This document shows positions 18,169 through 27,771 of a stretch of DNA of 64,000 nt, piece by piece. Within the stretch, counting starts at the first letter, position 1. Each line of letters opens with the position of its first letter. Source of the stretch: an uncultured Candidatus Saccharibacteria bacterium (GTDB lineage Bacteria > Patescibacteriota > Minisyncoccia > UBA9983); contig CAYJQX010000002.1 of NCBI GenBank assembly GCA_964372755.1, forward strand, positions 10,287 to 74,286. Reading direction: 5' to 3'. Made by a program: the position numbers and the translations under genes. Under the pieces are notes generated by a model. The model was not told where the DNA came from. It did no database searches and was given only the letters and a program-made list of their open reading frames with translations.

Positions 18169-19836
18169 TTAACTCACCTCTTTACCTCCTAACTCCCCCA
18201 CCGGAAGTTCTATGAAGAAAGTGCTTCCTTTGCCAACTCCCTCGGATTCTACCCAAACATTGCCTTTGTGTTCTTTGACGATTTCTTTGGCTACATAGAG
18301 GCCCAAACCAGAGCCGGAAGAATGGACGCTGGAGAGGCCATTGGCGCGGGTGAATTTTTGGAAAAGAGTGGGAATAACTTTCTTCGGGATGCCAATGCCG
18401 GTATCTTTTATTTTGATCAAAAAAGTTTTTTTGACGTTGTCTCTGGAGAGAAAAACTTCTATTTTCCCTTCTTTGGTGTATTTCATGGCGTTATCTATAA
18501 GATTGGAAAAGACCTGCTGGATTTTGTTTGGATCGCCATGGATTTTATAATCCTTGCCCGGCTCCGGCTCAAAAGATATTTCCATAACTTTGGCTCGTGT
18601 CGGTGATTTTTTTATGATTACGGCTGTTTCTTCAGTGACTGTTTTGACCATCTCCGCCAAATCAAAATCGCCGAATTCATACTGCATTTTTCCAAGTTCT
18701 ATGCGAGAAACATCTAAAAAGTTTCCGATGATAAGAACCAGTTTTTGGCTGGAATCAAAAATTTTCTGCACCACATCCTGCACTTTCTTGGTTGTCCCCC
18801 CAAAAGAACCTTCTATGATCATAGACGAATAGCCTTTGATAGCCGTAAGCGGAGTGCGAAGCTGATGAGACGCGATGGAAATAAACTCCGTTTTAGCCTG
18901 ATCCACCAGCTTGAGTTTCTCATTGGCGGCGGCTAATTGCTCCGAAATGACTTCCAATTCCTCTCGCGTCCGAACTTCTTTCCAGACACTGCGGATCAGG
19001 AGGAGACTAAATATAAAAATAGCTATAAACATTCCTATGTTTAATAACATTTCTTCTGCGGATACAGAAAGAAAAATTCTTATAAGAAGAAGAATATTAA
19101 CAAGAAAAGCAAATAGTTCTGTGGTTATTACTCTTATATCCAAAAGATTATGTTTAAGAATCGCATAAGTAGTAAAAGTCACCATTATCACGGTAAAAAT
19201 TTGCCCTATCCAGTTGAATGAAAAATAGTTTAATGTAGGCAATACTAGATTAGAAAACATGGCCAAATTAGCGGCCACAAAATAACCAATGAAGACATAT
19301 CTAATTTGAATTTTCTCAATGTCTTGTGAAGTGCGGTAGTTTTTAAAAAGATTATAAAAACCAAGAGAAAAAATAACAACGGTGTAAAGAAAGTAGATAT
19401 AATATAAATCACCGAAAATTATTAATTTCTCGGCCCCTTCCTTCGAAAATATTACTTGTTTTATTATCTTGTTTTCGTAAAGAGATATTATTATTAAGAA
19501 CAAATTGAAAACAAGCAGGGCAACTTTTTTCCAGGTTTGAAAAGAGAGTTTGTTGTTTGGGAAAACAAAAGAAAAATATAAAAAACCAGCAGCAGTTAAG
19601 GTGGCCGAGGCGTAGAGTATTTTTGCCCAAATTATACTTAGGTCGATAGATGAACTAGACCTGTATCCAATCATTGTTATACACCACAAAAGGATAGAAA
19701 AAATAACAAAAAGATAAGCTTTACTACCTTTAGTATGTCCACCTTTGAGGTAGATAAAAACAGCAAGAATAGCATTTATAAATATTGTTATTGAAATAAG
19801 AATATTTATAAGATCAAAAGTGAAAGGTAAAATCAT
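18169..19836 (-). CDS. Sensor histidine kinase (multi-TM sensor, HisKA, HATPase_c)
   Basis: H-box ISIASHQLRTPLTAIKGY. N and G boxes NLIDNAMKYT...DTGIGIP...GSGLGLYVAKEIV. No response-regulator gene adjacent. Confidence 0.8.
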   Translation of the reverse strand: MILPFTFDLINILISITIFINAILAVFIYLKGGHTKGSKAYLFVIFSILLWCITMIGYRSSSSIDLSIIWAKILYASATLTAAGFLYFSFVFPNNKLSFQTWKKVALLVFNLFLIIISLYENKIIKQVIFSKEGAEKLIIFGDLYYIYFLYTVVIFSLGFYNLFKNYRTSQDIEKIQIRYVFIGYFVAANLAMFSNLVLPTLNYFSFNWIGQIFTVIMVTFTTYAILKHNLLDIRVITTELFAFLVNILLLIRIFLSVSAEEMLLNIGMFIAIFIFSLLLIRSVWKEVRTREELEVISEQLAAANEKLKLVDQAKTEFISIASHQLRTPLTAIKGYSSMIIEGSFGGTTKKVQDVVQKIFDSSQKLVLIIGNFLDVSRIELGKMQYEFGDFDLAEMVKTVTEETAVIIKKSPTRAKVMEISFEPEPGKDYKIHGDPNKIQQVFSNLIDNAMKYTKEGKIEVFLSRDNVKKTFLIKIKDTGIGIPKKVIPTLFQKFTRANGLSSVHSSGSGLGLYVAKEIVKEHKGNVWVESEGVGKGSTFFIELPVGELGGKEVS

Positions 19837-19837
19837 T

Positions 19838-20971
19838 TCAAGTATTTTTTTCTAAAACACGTTTTATATCTTCTATAATATAAGTTTTATGGAAATTTTG
19901 GTATTCCGCTATGCGTATATCTAATTTTTGAGCCAAAGACCATATTTCTTCTACTTTTTGAGCTTCAAGCCAACCCAAACTAAAACTTTCTATTTTATCA
20001 AAAGCTGATAGGGTAATTATCTCTCCTAAACATGAAAAAACATCTTCTTTGTGTTTTAAACCAAAATCAAATTTATACTTGATATTTGGCACATGTAAAG
20101 TTCCTGCTTCTATGACTACGATATCTTCTCTTTCTTTAATTATTTCCGTAGATATGTCTGAGGGTTGAGCGTCATCTATTATAATACTTCCTGAAGAAAG
20201 GTGTATGGATTTTATAACTGCATCTGGAGCATTAGTAGCCGTTATTATAAAACGCGCCCCTTTTATTTTATCGGTATTGTTTGATATATCAATATTTATA
20301 TCTCGGAATTTATTTCTTGCTTCTGTCGCTATTTTTTCCAATCTTTCGTTTTTATGTTTTAAATCTATCAAAACAAAAAAACGCGCTCCTTTTTCGGCTA
20401 ATCTTTTGAAACTGGTGGAGCCCACTGATCCAGCGGCGCCAACGATCGCTATCTTTTCTTTTGATATATCAAGATTTAATTTGGAAACGATAGAGAATAT
20501 GTTTTCAGTAACTGTTGCTACCGTTAGGGCGTGGCCCGTTGTGACTATAACTTCTGTTTTCCCAACTAAATCCAGCCCACCTCTTGTTAGAGAGGAAGTA
20601 AGTGCACCAAGACCTGCTATTTTTACTCCTAATTTTTCCGCGTATTTTAAACAATCTACTATTTTTTTTTGAGCCAATTCTCTATCATTCATCATTTGTT
20701 TCGCTGTCATAGCAAAACCAATCACTACTCCTTCTATTTCTTCACCATTGATTTTTTTTACACCGTTGATTTTTGTGACGACTACTGGAGGAAATTTTTT
20801 GATTATAAAATGATTGAACCACTCAGGGAAATATTTCATTAGGGGAAATTTCCTATAAACATCTTTGAGATATCTAGCATGTACCAAAAAAGCAAATTCC
20901 GGCTTTTTTTTAAAGATAGTTTTTTTATTTCTACTGGCTCCTGAAATATAAGAAAGGAAAAAATCTAACAT
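19838..20971 (-). CDS. NAD(P)-binding Rossmann-fold dehydrogenase-like protein (shikimate/amino-acid dehydrogenase-like)
   Basis: GxGxxG segment IAIVGAAGSVGSTSF. No firm family assignment. Confidence 0.3.
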   Translation of the reverse strand: MLDFFLSYISGASRNKKTIFKKKPEFAFLVHARYLKDVYRKFPLMKYFPEWFNHFIIKKFPPVVVTKINGVKKINGEEIEGVVIGFAMTAKQMMNDRELAQKKIVDCLKYAEKLGVKIAGLGALTSSLTRGGLDLVGKTEVIVTTGHALTVATVTENIFSIVSKLNLDISKEKIAIVGAAGSVGSTSFKRLAEKGARFFVLIDLKHKNERLEKIATEARNKFRDINIDISNNTDKIKGARFIITATNAPDAVIKSIHLSSGSIIIDDAQPSDISTEIIKEREDIVVIEAGTLHVPNIKYKFDFGLKHKEDVFSCLGEIITLSAFDKIESFSLGWLEAQKVEEIWSLAQKLDIRIAEYQNFHKTYIIEDIKRVLEKNT

Positions 20972-21061
20972 TGACTTATTATATCATAAGTGATATAATA
21001 TAGCAAGGTTTTATTGTTCATTTACTCATTTCTATTCTCATCTCAAAAAAGGAGAATTTAG

Positions 21062-21784
21062 GTGCAGAACCAGAATGTTCCTATTCTTGTGATATTAGGA
21101 ATGTGGGAAGATGTTTCTGTTTTCCACCAATGGGAAGATCTTTTAAGAAAGGACACTGGTAGAGATATTTTATACTGGTCATATAGAGAAGGTTTTTCGT
21201 CTATTTCAGAAAGAGATTTTGGCAAGTTATCTCTTCTTGAAATAGAGAAAAAGCTCATGGGAGCGATCAAAAAAATTGGCCCGGTTATTCTGTTGGGTCA
21301 TTCAACTGGTGGATTACTGTCTCAACTCGTTAGTGCTAAAACAGAGTTAGTCAAAGCTTCTGTTTTAGTAGCCAGCGCTCCTCCAAAAGGAATAAGCGCT
21401 TTGGATTGGCCCACTATTTCTCGCATGTGGCGATATCAATTAGCCATGTGGAAGAATCAAAGAGTGTGGGTGAGGAGGGAAGACCTTCTAGCAACTCAAT
21501 ATTACTGTTGTCCAGAAATGTGCCCAGCTAAAATTCTTCCGGAATCCGGGAGGATGATTCAAGAAGTTGCATGGTCAAAGATTTCTACCAGTTTCATCTC
21601 TTCTCCCGTCTTGGTTATCGCTGGCGAAAAAGATAGAATCGTTTCTTTTTCTTCCCAAAATAAGATTGCAAAGAAATATGGAGCCAAGATCATATCCTTT
21701 CCAGAAATGGGTCATATGCTTATGATTGAAAAAGATAGCATATTAGTTGCAAGAACCATTTCCGATTGGATAAATAGCCTCTAA
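21062..21784 (+). CDS. Alpha/beta-hydrolase fold protein
   Basis: Nucleophile elbow VILLGHSTGG. GTG start as given by the ORF track. Confidence 0.55.
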   Translation: MQNQNVPILVILGMWEDVSVFHQWEDLLRKDTGRDILYWSYREGFSSISERDFGKLSLLEIEKKLMGAIKKIGPVILLGHSTGGLLSQLVSAKTELVKASVLVASAPPKGISALDWPTISRMWRYQLAMWKNQRVWVRREDLLATQYYCCPEMCPAKILPESGRMIQEVAWSKISTSFISSPVLVIAGEKDRIVSFSSQNKIAKKYGAKIISFPEMGHMLMIEKDSILVARTISDWINSL

Positions 21785-21820
21785 CCCGACTGCAAATTAA
21801 CGCAGTCGGGTTTTTCTTTT
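21785..21820 (+). terminator. Rho-independent terminator
   Basis: CCCGACTGC-aaattaa-GCAGTCGGG followed by TTTTTCTTTT. Confidence 0.6.
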
Positions 21821-22460
21821 AGTTATTTAAAAACGATAAATCAGCTTTTTTCCGAGGATTATAAGTTTTAACATATTTGCCATACGCAACTTTAAAATAT
21901 CGCATCCAGTTGTTCGGATGATCATCCGAAAGATAATTCTTACCGAATTTTTTCTTTTCTCTGGTTATGCGTCTTTTGTCTGCTTTTATAAAGTCGGTAT
22001 CAAGATAAATGTTTTTGTGGATATATTTCGTAATGGTATGTTCTGGATGCAAAAGAAATATACCCTCTATTACCAAGACTTTTTTGGAGAGGTCAAATAC
22101 TTGCTTGGGACCAAATTTATTTTTATCATAGTCATAGGTTTTGAGCTTAATTGATTTTCTCCCATTTAAAAATGCTTTAATAAGTCGTTCTAGATCATCA
22201 TAACGATACCAGTGATACTCAAATACTCTTGATTTGTCTTTTGCTTTTTCTATCATTTCTTTACGTACTTTCCAATGATTGATGAAATCGTCGAGATGCA
22301 CGGATAACACATCTTTGTTGTGTTTCGCAATGAAGTTGACAACCGTGCTTTTGCCTGAGCCTGCGTAGCCATCAACAGCTATAATTAACTTGGCATGGTC
22401 TTTCTTCCATACCTTAATTTCTTGGCATATTTTTTTGGCGATACGTTCTGATTTGATCAT
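21819..22460 (-). CDS. P-loop kinase, uridine kinase/PRK-family-like
   Basis: Walker A IAVDGYAGSGKSTV. Confidence 0.45.
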   Translation of the reverse strand: MIKSERIAKKICQEIKVWKKDHAKLIIAVDGYAGSGKSTVVNFIAKHNKDVLSVHLDDFINHWKVRKEMIEKAKDKSRVFEYHWYRYDDLERLIKAFLNGRKSIKLKTYDYDKNKFGPKQVFDLSKKVLVIEGIFLLHPEHTITKYIHKNIYLDTDFIKADKRRITREKKKFGKNYLSDDHPNNWMRYFKVAYGKYVKTYNPRKKADLSFLNN

Positions 22461-22523
22461 GGTTAAAAAAGAACCCGGAATCGGTTTAGACGTGGAAAAT
22501 TATAATTGTTTTTTATGAATGTC

Positions 22524-23228
22524 CTACTCCCTCCCCATAAAATATTTTTTAAAAATTCTTTCGTTATTTTTTATTTGAAGAGCTAAAGGTTCAAGACCCA
22601 TTATTTTTCTTCGTTTTTCCACTCCCATAATATTTTTTATGGGTATTGGCTTAGTCACACACTTACCGCTTACTATCTTTGTCTCTACGACAGTGCCGTA
22701 GACTTGTTTCTTTTTTTCCGAAACCAAGATTTTATCCGTGAGGTAGGCGATGTTTTTCTTGTCTATATTATTTATATTCCTTTTCATTTCTGCCAAACAT
22801 TTTTTCGCGAAAACTAAGTCCCCAGTATGCTGGATTATTACCCATGCATTATAGGAAGCCATTTTTCCTACTTTGGAAATCGTTGGCCAACCAATTTCCT
22901 TGACGATAGTTTTTAATTTCCGCGTGGACTCCTTGTCAATTTTGCGTAGTTTTTTTAAGGACACATTTTTATTTTTCCTCGCTAACTGGTCCTTTTTGTA
23001 TAGATTATTTATTTTTTTAGAAATTTGTGTGCTTATCATATTTTTTGTTTTTTTATTTAAAAATACTAGAGTTACTTTCGTAACCCCAGTGTAGCATTTT
23101 ATAACAATTTTGATTATTAAACCCGCAAGAGATCTGCCATTGTTCTTGCGAGAGGTTATTCCGTATTCTTCTCGACAAAAACCCATGAACCCGTGGGGTT
23201 TATCTCGAGAAAGAAAAGTTCCTGACAC
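22524..23228 (-). CDS. Hypothetical protein. The N-terminal extension is probably spurious and overlaps a solo MITE TIR.
   Basis: ORF only. The likely start is at an internal Met. Confidence 0.25.
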   Translation of the reverse strand: MSGTFLSRDKPHGFMGFCREEYGITSRKNNGRSLAGLIIKIVIKCYTGVTKVTLVFLNKKTKNMISTQISKKINNLYKKDQLARKNKNVSLKKLRKIDKESTRKLKTIVKEIGWPTISKVGKMASYNAWVIIQHTGDLVFAKKCLAEMKRNINNIDKKNIAYLTDKILVSEKKKQVYGTVVETKIVSGKCVTKPIPIKNIMGVEKRRKIMGLEPLALQIKNNERIFKKYFMGRE

Positions 23229-23293
23229 CTTTAATTCACTTTTCCCTTAGAAACTTACTTGCTTCTATTAATCTTGTGCCTTAAAGTTTAGAA

Positions 23294-23875
23294 ATGGCAT
23301 CAAGTTTTTTGTTTTTAATTATTTTTTTTATCTTTATTGTTAACATAACGCTGTTTTTTTTAGTACTTATTTTTTTTCTGTCATTTCTTATTTCTGCAAC
23401 GTTTGGCGCACCCTATGTCTCAATTCCCAGAAAATCTATAATGAAAATACTATCGTTTGGCAATCTTTCCTCCAATGACATTTTTTATGATCTTGGTTGT
23501 GGAGACGGTCGCGTTTTGATGTCTGGTTTATCTAATTTTAACGTATTAAAAGGCGTGGGTTATGAAATATCACCGTGGCCATATTTAAAAACCCTGTTTT
23601 TAATAAAACTTAATCGAATAAAAAAAATTGAATTATTCAGAAAAAACTGCTTAAAAGCAAACATAAATCAAGCGACATTTATTTATTTTTATCTATTACC
23701 TAAATTGACTGACAGTTTAGCCGACAAAATAGCCAGAGAGGGAAAACCAAAAACAAAAATATTATGTGTTGCATTTCCAATAAATACAGATAGGTATGTT
23801 GAATTTCAGCTTTTAAAATCAACCAAAATTGATAACTTGATGGTGTACTTGTATGAATTAAAAATCCCTGCGTGA
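23294..23875 (+). CDS. Small membrane-anchored class I SAM-dependent methyltransferase
   Basis: N-terminal TM, then motif I DLGCGDGRVLMS. Confidence 0.5.
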   Translation: MASSFLFLIIFFIFIVNITLFFLVLIFFLSFLISATFGAPYVSIPRKSIMKILSFGNLSSNDIFYDLGCGDGRVLMSGLSNFNVLKGVGYEISPWPYLKTLFLIKLNRIKKIELFRKNCLKANINQATFIYFYLLPKLTDSLADKIAREGKPKTKILCVAFPINTDRYVEFQLLKSTKIDNLMVYLYELKIPA

Positions 23876-23910
23876 TTATTATCACGCAGGGATTTTATTC
23901 TATATCACTC
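23873..23910. terminator. Bidirectional intrinsic terminator
   Basis: CCCTGCGTGAT-tat-TATCACGCAGGG, flanked by A-tract and T-tract, between convergent genes. Confidence 0.55.
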
Positions 23911-24109
23911 AATCCTCCCATTGACCTTGAGCGATTGCTTCACCAATAGACTGGCCAGGCTTTACGCGAACCTGGCGTTCTTCATCCGTCTCGGTGTTTC
24001 TAACCTTATAAATGTGGGTTTGCCAGCTCAATGGCAGAATCCAATTTAGAGATTCATTCTCTAAACCCTCCCATGTGGCCAGTCCCTCATTTTCCCATTT
24101 GTCGCTCAT
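23909..24109 (-). CDS. Small hypothetical protein (66 aa)
   Basis: ORF only. Confidence 0.25.
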   Translation of the reverse strand: MSDKWENEGLATWEGLENESLNWILPLSWQTHIYKVRNTETDEERQVRVKPGQSIGEAIAQGQWED

Positions 24110-24281
24110 GGATACTCCCTTTCTTGGTTTATAGGGTTTGTTTTGATTTACCTTGCTACGGTAATTTCAAAAGAAGAAGGTAAATCCCATCTCGCTGTCT
24201 GTTGCAGAGCCTATCACCACTACCTCCCCCGTTGTCAATATGTATGGCTAAATTGTTATAAATATGTTATAATTTTAATGT

Positions 24282-24803
24282 ATGGATGCTTACCTAAGAA
24301 ACATTATGCTTATCGGAGGAATAAATTCTGTCCTGGATTTAGGTGCAGGCAAAGGATTTAACAGTCTTTATTGCGCTAGTTTTGGGGCAAGCATCATTGC
24401 TGTTGATAAAAAAGAATTTCCTGAATATCTAAAAAATCACCCGAAAATAAAACTTGTTAATAAGCAAATAGAGAACTTCGCTTGGCCTGAAATAAAATAC
24501 GATCTTATAATTTTAAATAACGTTTTACCGTTTTTGACGAAAGAATTCTTGAAAGAAAAACTTGTGCCTAAAATTATAGAAAACCTAAATAGTAAGGGCG
24601 TAATTTATTTATCCACTTTTTCGCTAAACGACCCCGTGTTTTCAAAAGATTCGAAAAAAAGCCTGTATACATTAAATGAACTTCTTGGTATTTTCTCTTT
24701 ACTCTCTGTAATGATAAAGGTAGAGGAAACGGTAAAAGATAATCATGAGCCTCTTGGCTCACATGAACACAGTATGATAAAAATTGTTTTAAGAAAAAAA
24801 TAG
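24282..24803 (+). CDS. Class I SAM-dependent methyltransferase (TehB-like)
   Basis: Motif I VLDLGAGKGFNSLYCA. Post-I acidic residue IIAVD. Confidence 0.55.
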   Translation: MDAYLRNIMLIGGINSVLDLGAGKGFNSLYCASFGASIIAVDKKEFPEYLKNHPKIKLVNKQIENFAWPEIKYDLIILNNVLPFLTKEFLKEKLVPKIIENLNSKGVIYLSTFSLNDPVFSKDSKKSLYTLNELLGIFSLLSVMIKVEETVKDNHEPLGSHEHSMIKIVLRKK

Positions 24804-24830
24804 CGGTGGAGATTTAGTTTCTCCACCGCT
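24791..24830 (-). terminator. Intrinsic terminator (U-tract on the minus strand)
   Basis: AGCGGTGGAG-atttagttt-CTCCACCGCT, preceded on the plus strand by an A-tract. Confidence 0.5.
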
Positions 24831-24857
24831 GGGTGTATATGATCTGAGTGATTTAAT

Positions 24858-25475
24858 TTACTCATCACCTGCACATGAACTATTGCAATTTCCTTGGCCA
24901 CAGTCACCACCTGGACCAGAATCGCAACTCCCACAGCTTCCGCCTTCGCACTTTTCTGCAACGATACCTGGCTTATTTTTTCGGGGCCAGTTTGCCTCAT
25001 GGTAGGGGAAGCCAATGGTGTCCATGAATTTCACAGTATCCAGAGCAGTCTTTTCGAGAGATTCTCCTTCTTTGTCGTTCGGTTCATGGTGAACAAAACA
25101 ACCGAAAGATTTCCTGCAGAAATTCTGGTAATCTCTGGTATACATAAGAAATACATGCCAGCCCAAGTCAACATTTTCCGATGGGACCATCCCAATTTCC
25201 GCGTATTCGCCACAGAGTTTCAGGAAGCCAATCGTGTCGTCGAGAATCATCTGAATTTCTTGCTCTGACAATTCAGAATTCTCTTTTGCCAACCTGCCGA
25301 AAAGTCTTTTCCAGAGAACATCAGAAATCATGTCCTTGTGGAAAAGAATCTCAATTCCTTCAGTCACAGTGAAGTCCATGACTGATTTTTCTGCAGTAAC
25401 CATTGAATCCTCCAATAAGAAATTAAACGTGGAAACGAAATGAGAAAGAAAGTAATAGCTGAGCGAAACCTTCAC
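24858..25475 (-). CDS. Hypothetical protein with a Cys/Gly-rich C-terminal tail (CEGGSCGSCDSGPGGDCGQGNCNSSCAGDE). GC-richer than its surroundings.
   Basis: ORF and composition only. The true start is possibly an internal Met (MVTAEKS...). Confidence 0.3.
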   Translation of the reverse strand: MKVSLSYYFLSHFVSTFNFLLEDSMVTAEKSVMDFTVTEGIEILFHKDMISDVLWKRLFGRLAKENSELSEQEIQMILDDTIGFLKLCGEYAEIGMVPSENVDLGWHVFLMYTRDYQNFCRKSFGCFVHHEPNDKEGESLEKTALDTVKFMDTIGFPYHEANWPRKNKPGIVAEKCEGGSCGSCDSGPGGDCGQGNCNSSCAGDE

Positions 25476-25645
25476 GCACCAATTTTTTAATGTTCTAATT
25501 TAGCTAGGAGTTTATCACCACTACCCCCCCCTCTGTCAATGTAGACAAAGTTTGTAAATCGTGTTTTATTGTTTCAGGGGAGAAAGTGTCAGGAACCTTT
25601 TTTGGGTCATTTTTACAAACTTTGTTTTCTTACTATCGTAATTTT

Positions 25646-25888
25646 TTATCTGCCTCTGTAATACCTATAGCAGACAAAAGGAAAATCCGAAGAATCACTT
25701 GATTTTCCGATACTTTCGCAATAATTTCTTAAACTTGTCTGTTCTTCAATCTGTTCTTCTTTTAGTTGCCCGTCTTCCCTTACAAGAGGAATAAAAAGAT
25801 TGACAACAAAGATTGTAAAAAGAACGCCAATAATAAGCACGGATAAATATATTTTTTCCTCACCGGTGGCTTTGTCTAGAACGCTCAT
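25646..25888 (-). CDS. Small membrane protein
   Basis: Single TM. ORF only. Confidence 0.25.
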   Translation of the reverse strand: MSVLDKATGEEKIYLSVLIIGVLFTIFVVNLFIPLVREDGQLKEEQIEEQTSLRNYCESIGKSSDSSDFPFVCYRYYRGR

Positions 25889-25905
25889 GAAATAAATTTA
25901 ATTTT

Positions 25906-26556
25906 TTATCTTCTTAATTCGCTGATTTTCCGGACAACATATTCGGCTTTTTCTTCTAAATTTTCGCCTTCCAGCTTATATAAAGGCTCGCCAAAACGCA
26001 CGCGCAAATATTTTTTTCTGAATAGTGTTTTAAACGAGAAAAAATCAAAATTCCCCCAAATGCCCACCGGCACGACAGGAGCGCCGGTAATTTCCTGAAG
26101 ATAAGCCACTCCGCGCTTGGCTTTTTTTGTTCTGCCGTCCGGACTTCGTCTGCCTTCCGGGTATATCCATATTTTACCTTTTTTACTTAAAACTTCCACG
26201 ACTTCGGCCAAGATTACCGGTAAATCTCCCTTTGGTTCTTTCTTGATTTTTATACATCCGTTTAGCCTGACATAAAGAGCGATGAACAAAAAACGCCAAC
26301 GAAAAAAACCTTCGTGGGTAAGCCAACGCAGAGGAAAAAATTGCCTTGGATACCAATTGTCTCCTCTGGGTAACGCCACTCCGGATATGGGGCCATCCGC
26401 TAAACTGCCGTGATTAGCGGCAAAAATAATTGCTCCTTTTTCTAAATTTAAAAGGTTTTCTTCACCATAGACTTTATAATGCACCAGAAAACTTAGGATA
26501 AAACGTGTCGGCCAGTAGGAAAGCGCTTGAACAATGCGGGGAATAAAGTCTTTCAT
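25906..26556 (-). CDS. plsC: 1-acyl-sn-glycerol-3-phosphate acyltransferase (PlsC family)
   Basis: HX4D-type motif FAANHGSLAD and PEGRRS. Confidence 0.65.
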   Translation of the reverse strand: MKDFIPRIVQALSYWPTRFILSFLVHYKVYGEENLLNLEKGAIIFAANHGSLADGPISGVALPRGDNWYPRQFFPLRWLTHEGFFRWRFLFIALYVRLNGCIKIKKEPKGDLPVILAEVVEVLSKKGKIWIYPEGRRSPDGRTKKAKRGVAYLQEITGAPVVPVGIWGNFDFFSFKTLFRKKYLRVRFGEPLYKLEGENLEEKAEYVVRKISELRR

Positions 26557-26566
26557 ATTCTCTTTT

Positions 26567-27661
26567 TTATATTCCCTCCTCTTTCAGTTCTTCAATAAGC
26601 TTGCGCGCCTTGCTCGAAATCTTTTTCGGCGCCCTGACTTTAATTTTTATCAAAAGATCGCCGGAGGAATTTTTGTTTATTGGAATTCCTTTGCCACGCA
26701 CTCTTAAGATCTCGCCATATTCTATTCCTGCTGGGATTTTCACTGTAAGAGTTTTTCCGTCGAGAGTCTTTATTTCTTTCTCTGTTCCCACTAAAGCATC
26801 GGTAATTTTTATATCCATATCCATAAGAAGACTGGAGCCTTCTCTTCGATAGACAGGATGTCTTAAAACATGGATTTTGGCGTAGAGATCGCCTTGTGTC
26901 CCGTAAGAAAGCGCTTCCCCTAAACCGGTCATTTTTATCATTTCCCCATTCTCTATGCCTGATGGCACTTGGATGGTAATTTCTTCATTCTTCATGCGCG
27001 TTCCTTCGCCGTGACAAGCAGAGCATTTCTTAGTGGGGATGGTTCCTTTTCCGTGACAAGCAGAGCATTCTCTTAAACTGGTAAAAGAACCCAGAAAAGA
27101 TTTTCTGGTCTCATGCAATTTCCCCGCGCCTCCGCAAGACTCGCATTTTTTGCTTTCCGTGCCCGGTTCGGCACCTTTTCCCGAACATTTTTCGCAAACG
27201 GAATTTTTGTTTAAAAGAACCGTTCTTTTTGTTCCAAAAACAGAATCTTCAAAAGATATTTCCAAGTCAATAAAAATATCTCTTCCCCTTTTTGCTTGCT
27301 TTCCACCTCCTTGTCTCCCGCCAAAAAATCCTTCAAAAATATCTCCTAGATCAAAATTGAATTGTTCGCCTCCTTGGCCTCCGAAATTGTTGAAATCAAA
27401 TCCCGAAAAATTAAATCCCCCACTGTTGCCTCCCGATGCCCCTCCTTGCCCATCGGAAAATACTCGCCCATATGTGTCGTATTCTTGGCGTTTTTGATCG
27501 TTGGACAATACCTGATAAGCCTCGTTTATTTCTTTAAACTTCGAATCGTCCCCTCCAGATTTATCTGGATGGTGTTTTAAAGCTAACTTGCGATAAGCTT
27601 TCTTGATTTCCTCTTTATCGGCATTTTTTGCAATACCGAGTATTTCGTAGTAATTTTTCAT
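26567..27661 (-). CDS. dnaJ: Chaperone DnaJ
   Basis: J-domain [31 protein letters not shown], a G-rich linker, four CxxCxGxG zinc-finger repeats. Confidence 0.9.
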   Translation of the reverse strand: MKNYYEILGIAKNADKEEIKKAYRKLALKHHPDKSGGDDSKFKEINEAYQVLSNDQKRQEYDTYGRVFSDGQGGASGGNSGGFNFSGFDFNNFGGQGGEQFNFDLGDIFEGFFGGRQGGGKQAKRGRDIFIDLEISFEDSVFGTKRTVLLNKNSVCEKCSGKGAEPGTESKKCESCGGAGKLHETRKSFLGSFTSLRECSACHGKGTIPTKKCSACHGEGTRMKNEEITIQVPSGIENGEMIKMTGLGEALSYGTQGDLYAKIHVLRHPVYRREGSSLLMDMDIKITDALVGTEKEIKTLDGKTLTVKIPAGIEYGEILRVRGKGIPINKNSSGDLLIKIKVRAPKKISSKARKLIEELKEEGI

Positions 27662-27771
27662 AATAACGACGCCAATACACGAATGATACGCGCGAATGAC
27701 ACGAATTTAAAGAAATTAAGACTTGGTATTACATTAGCGTCATTCGAGAACATTTGCGTATTAGTATCGAG

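Noticed and set aside
24143-24361. 72-aa plus-strand ORF overlapping the start of the TehB-like methyltransferase
   Set aside because: It spans the intergenic repeat motif and is out of frame with the supported MTase. It is unlikely to be coding.
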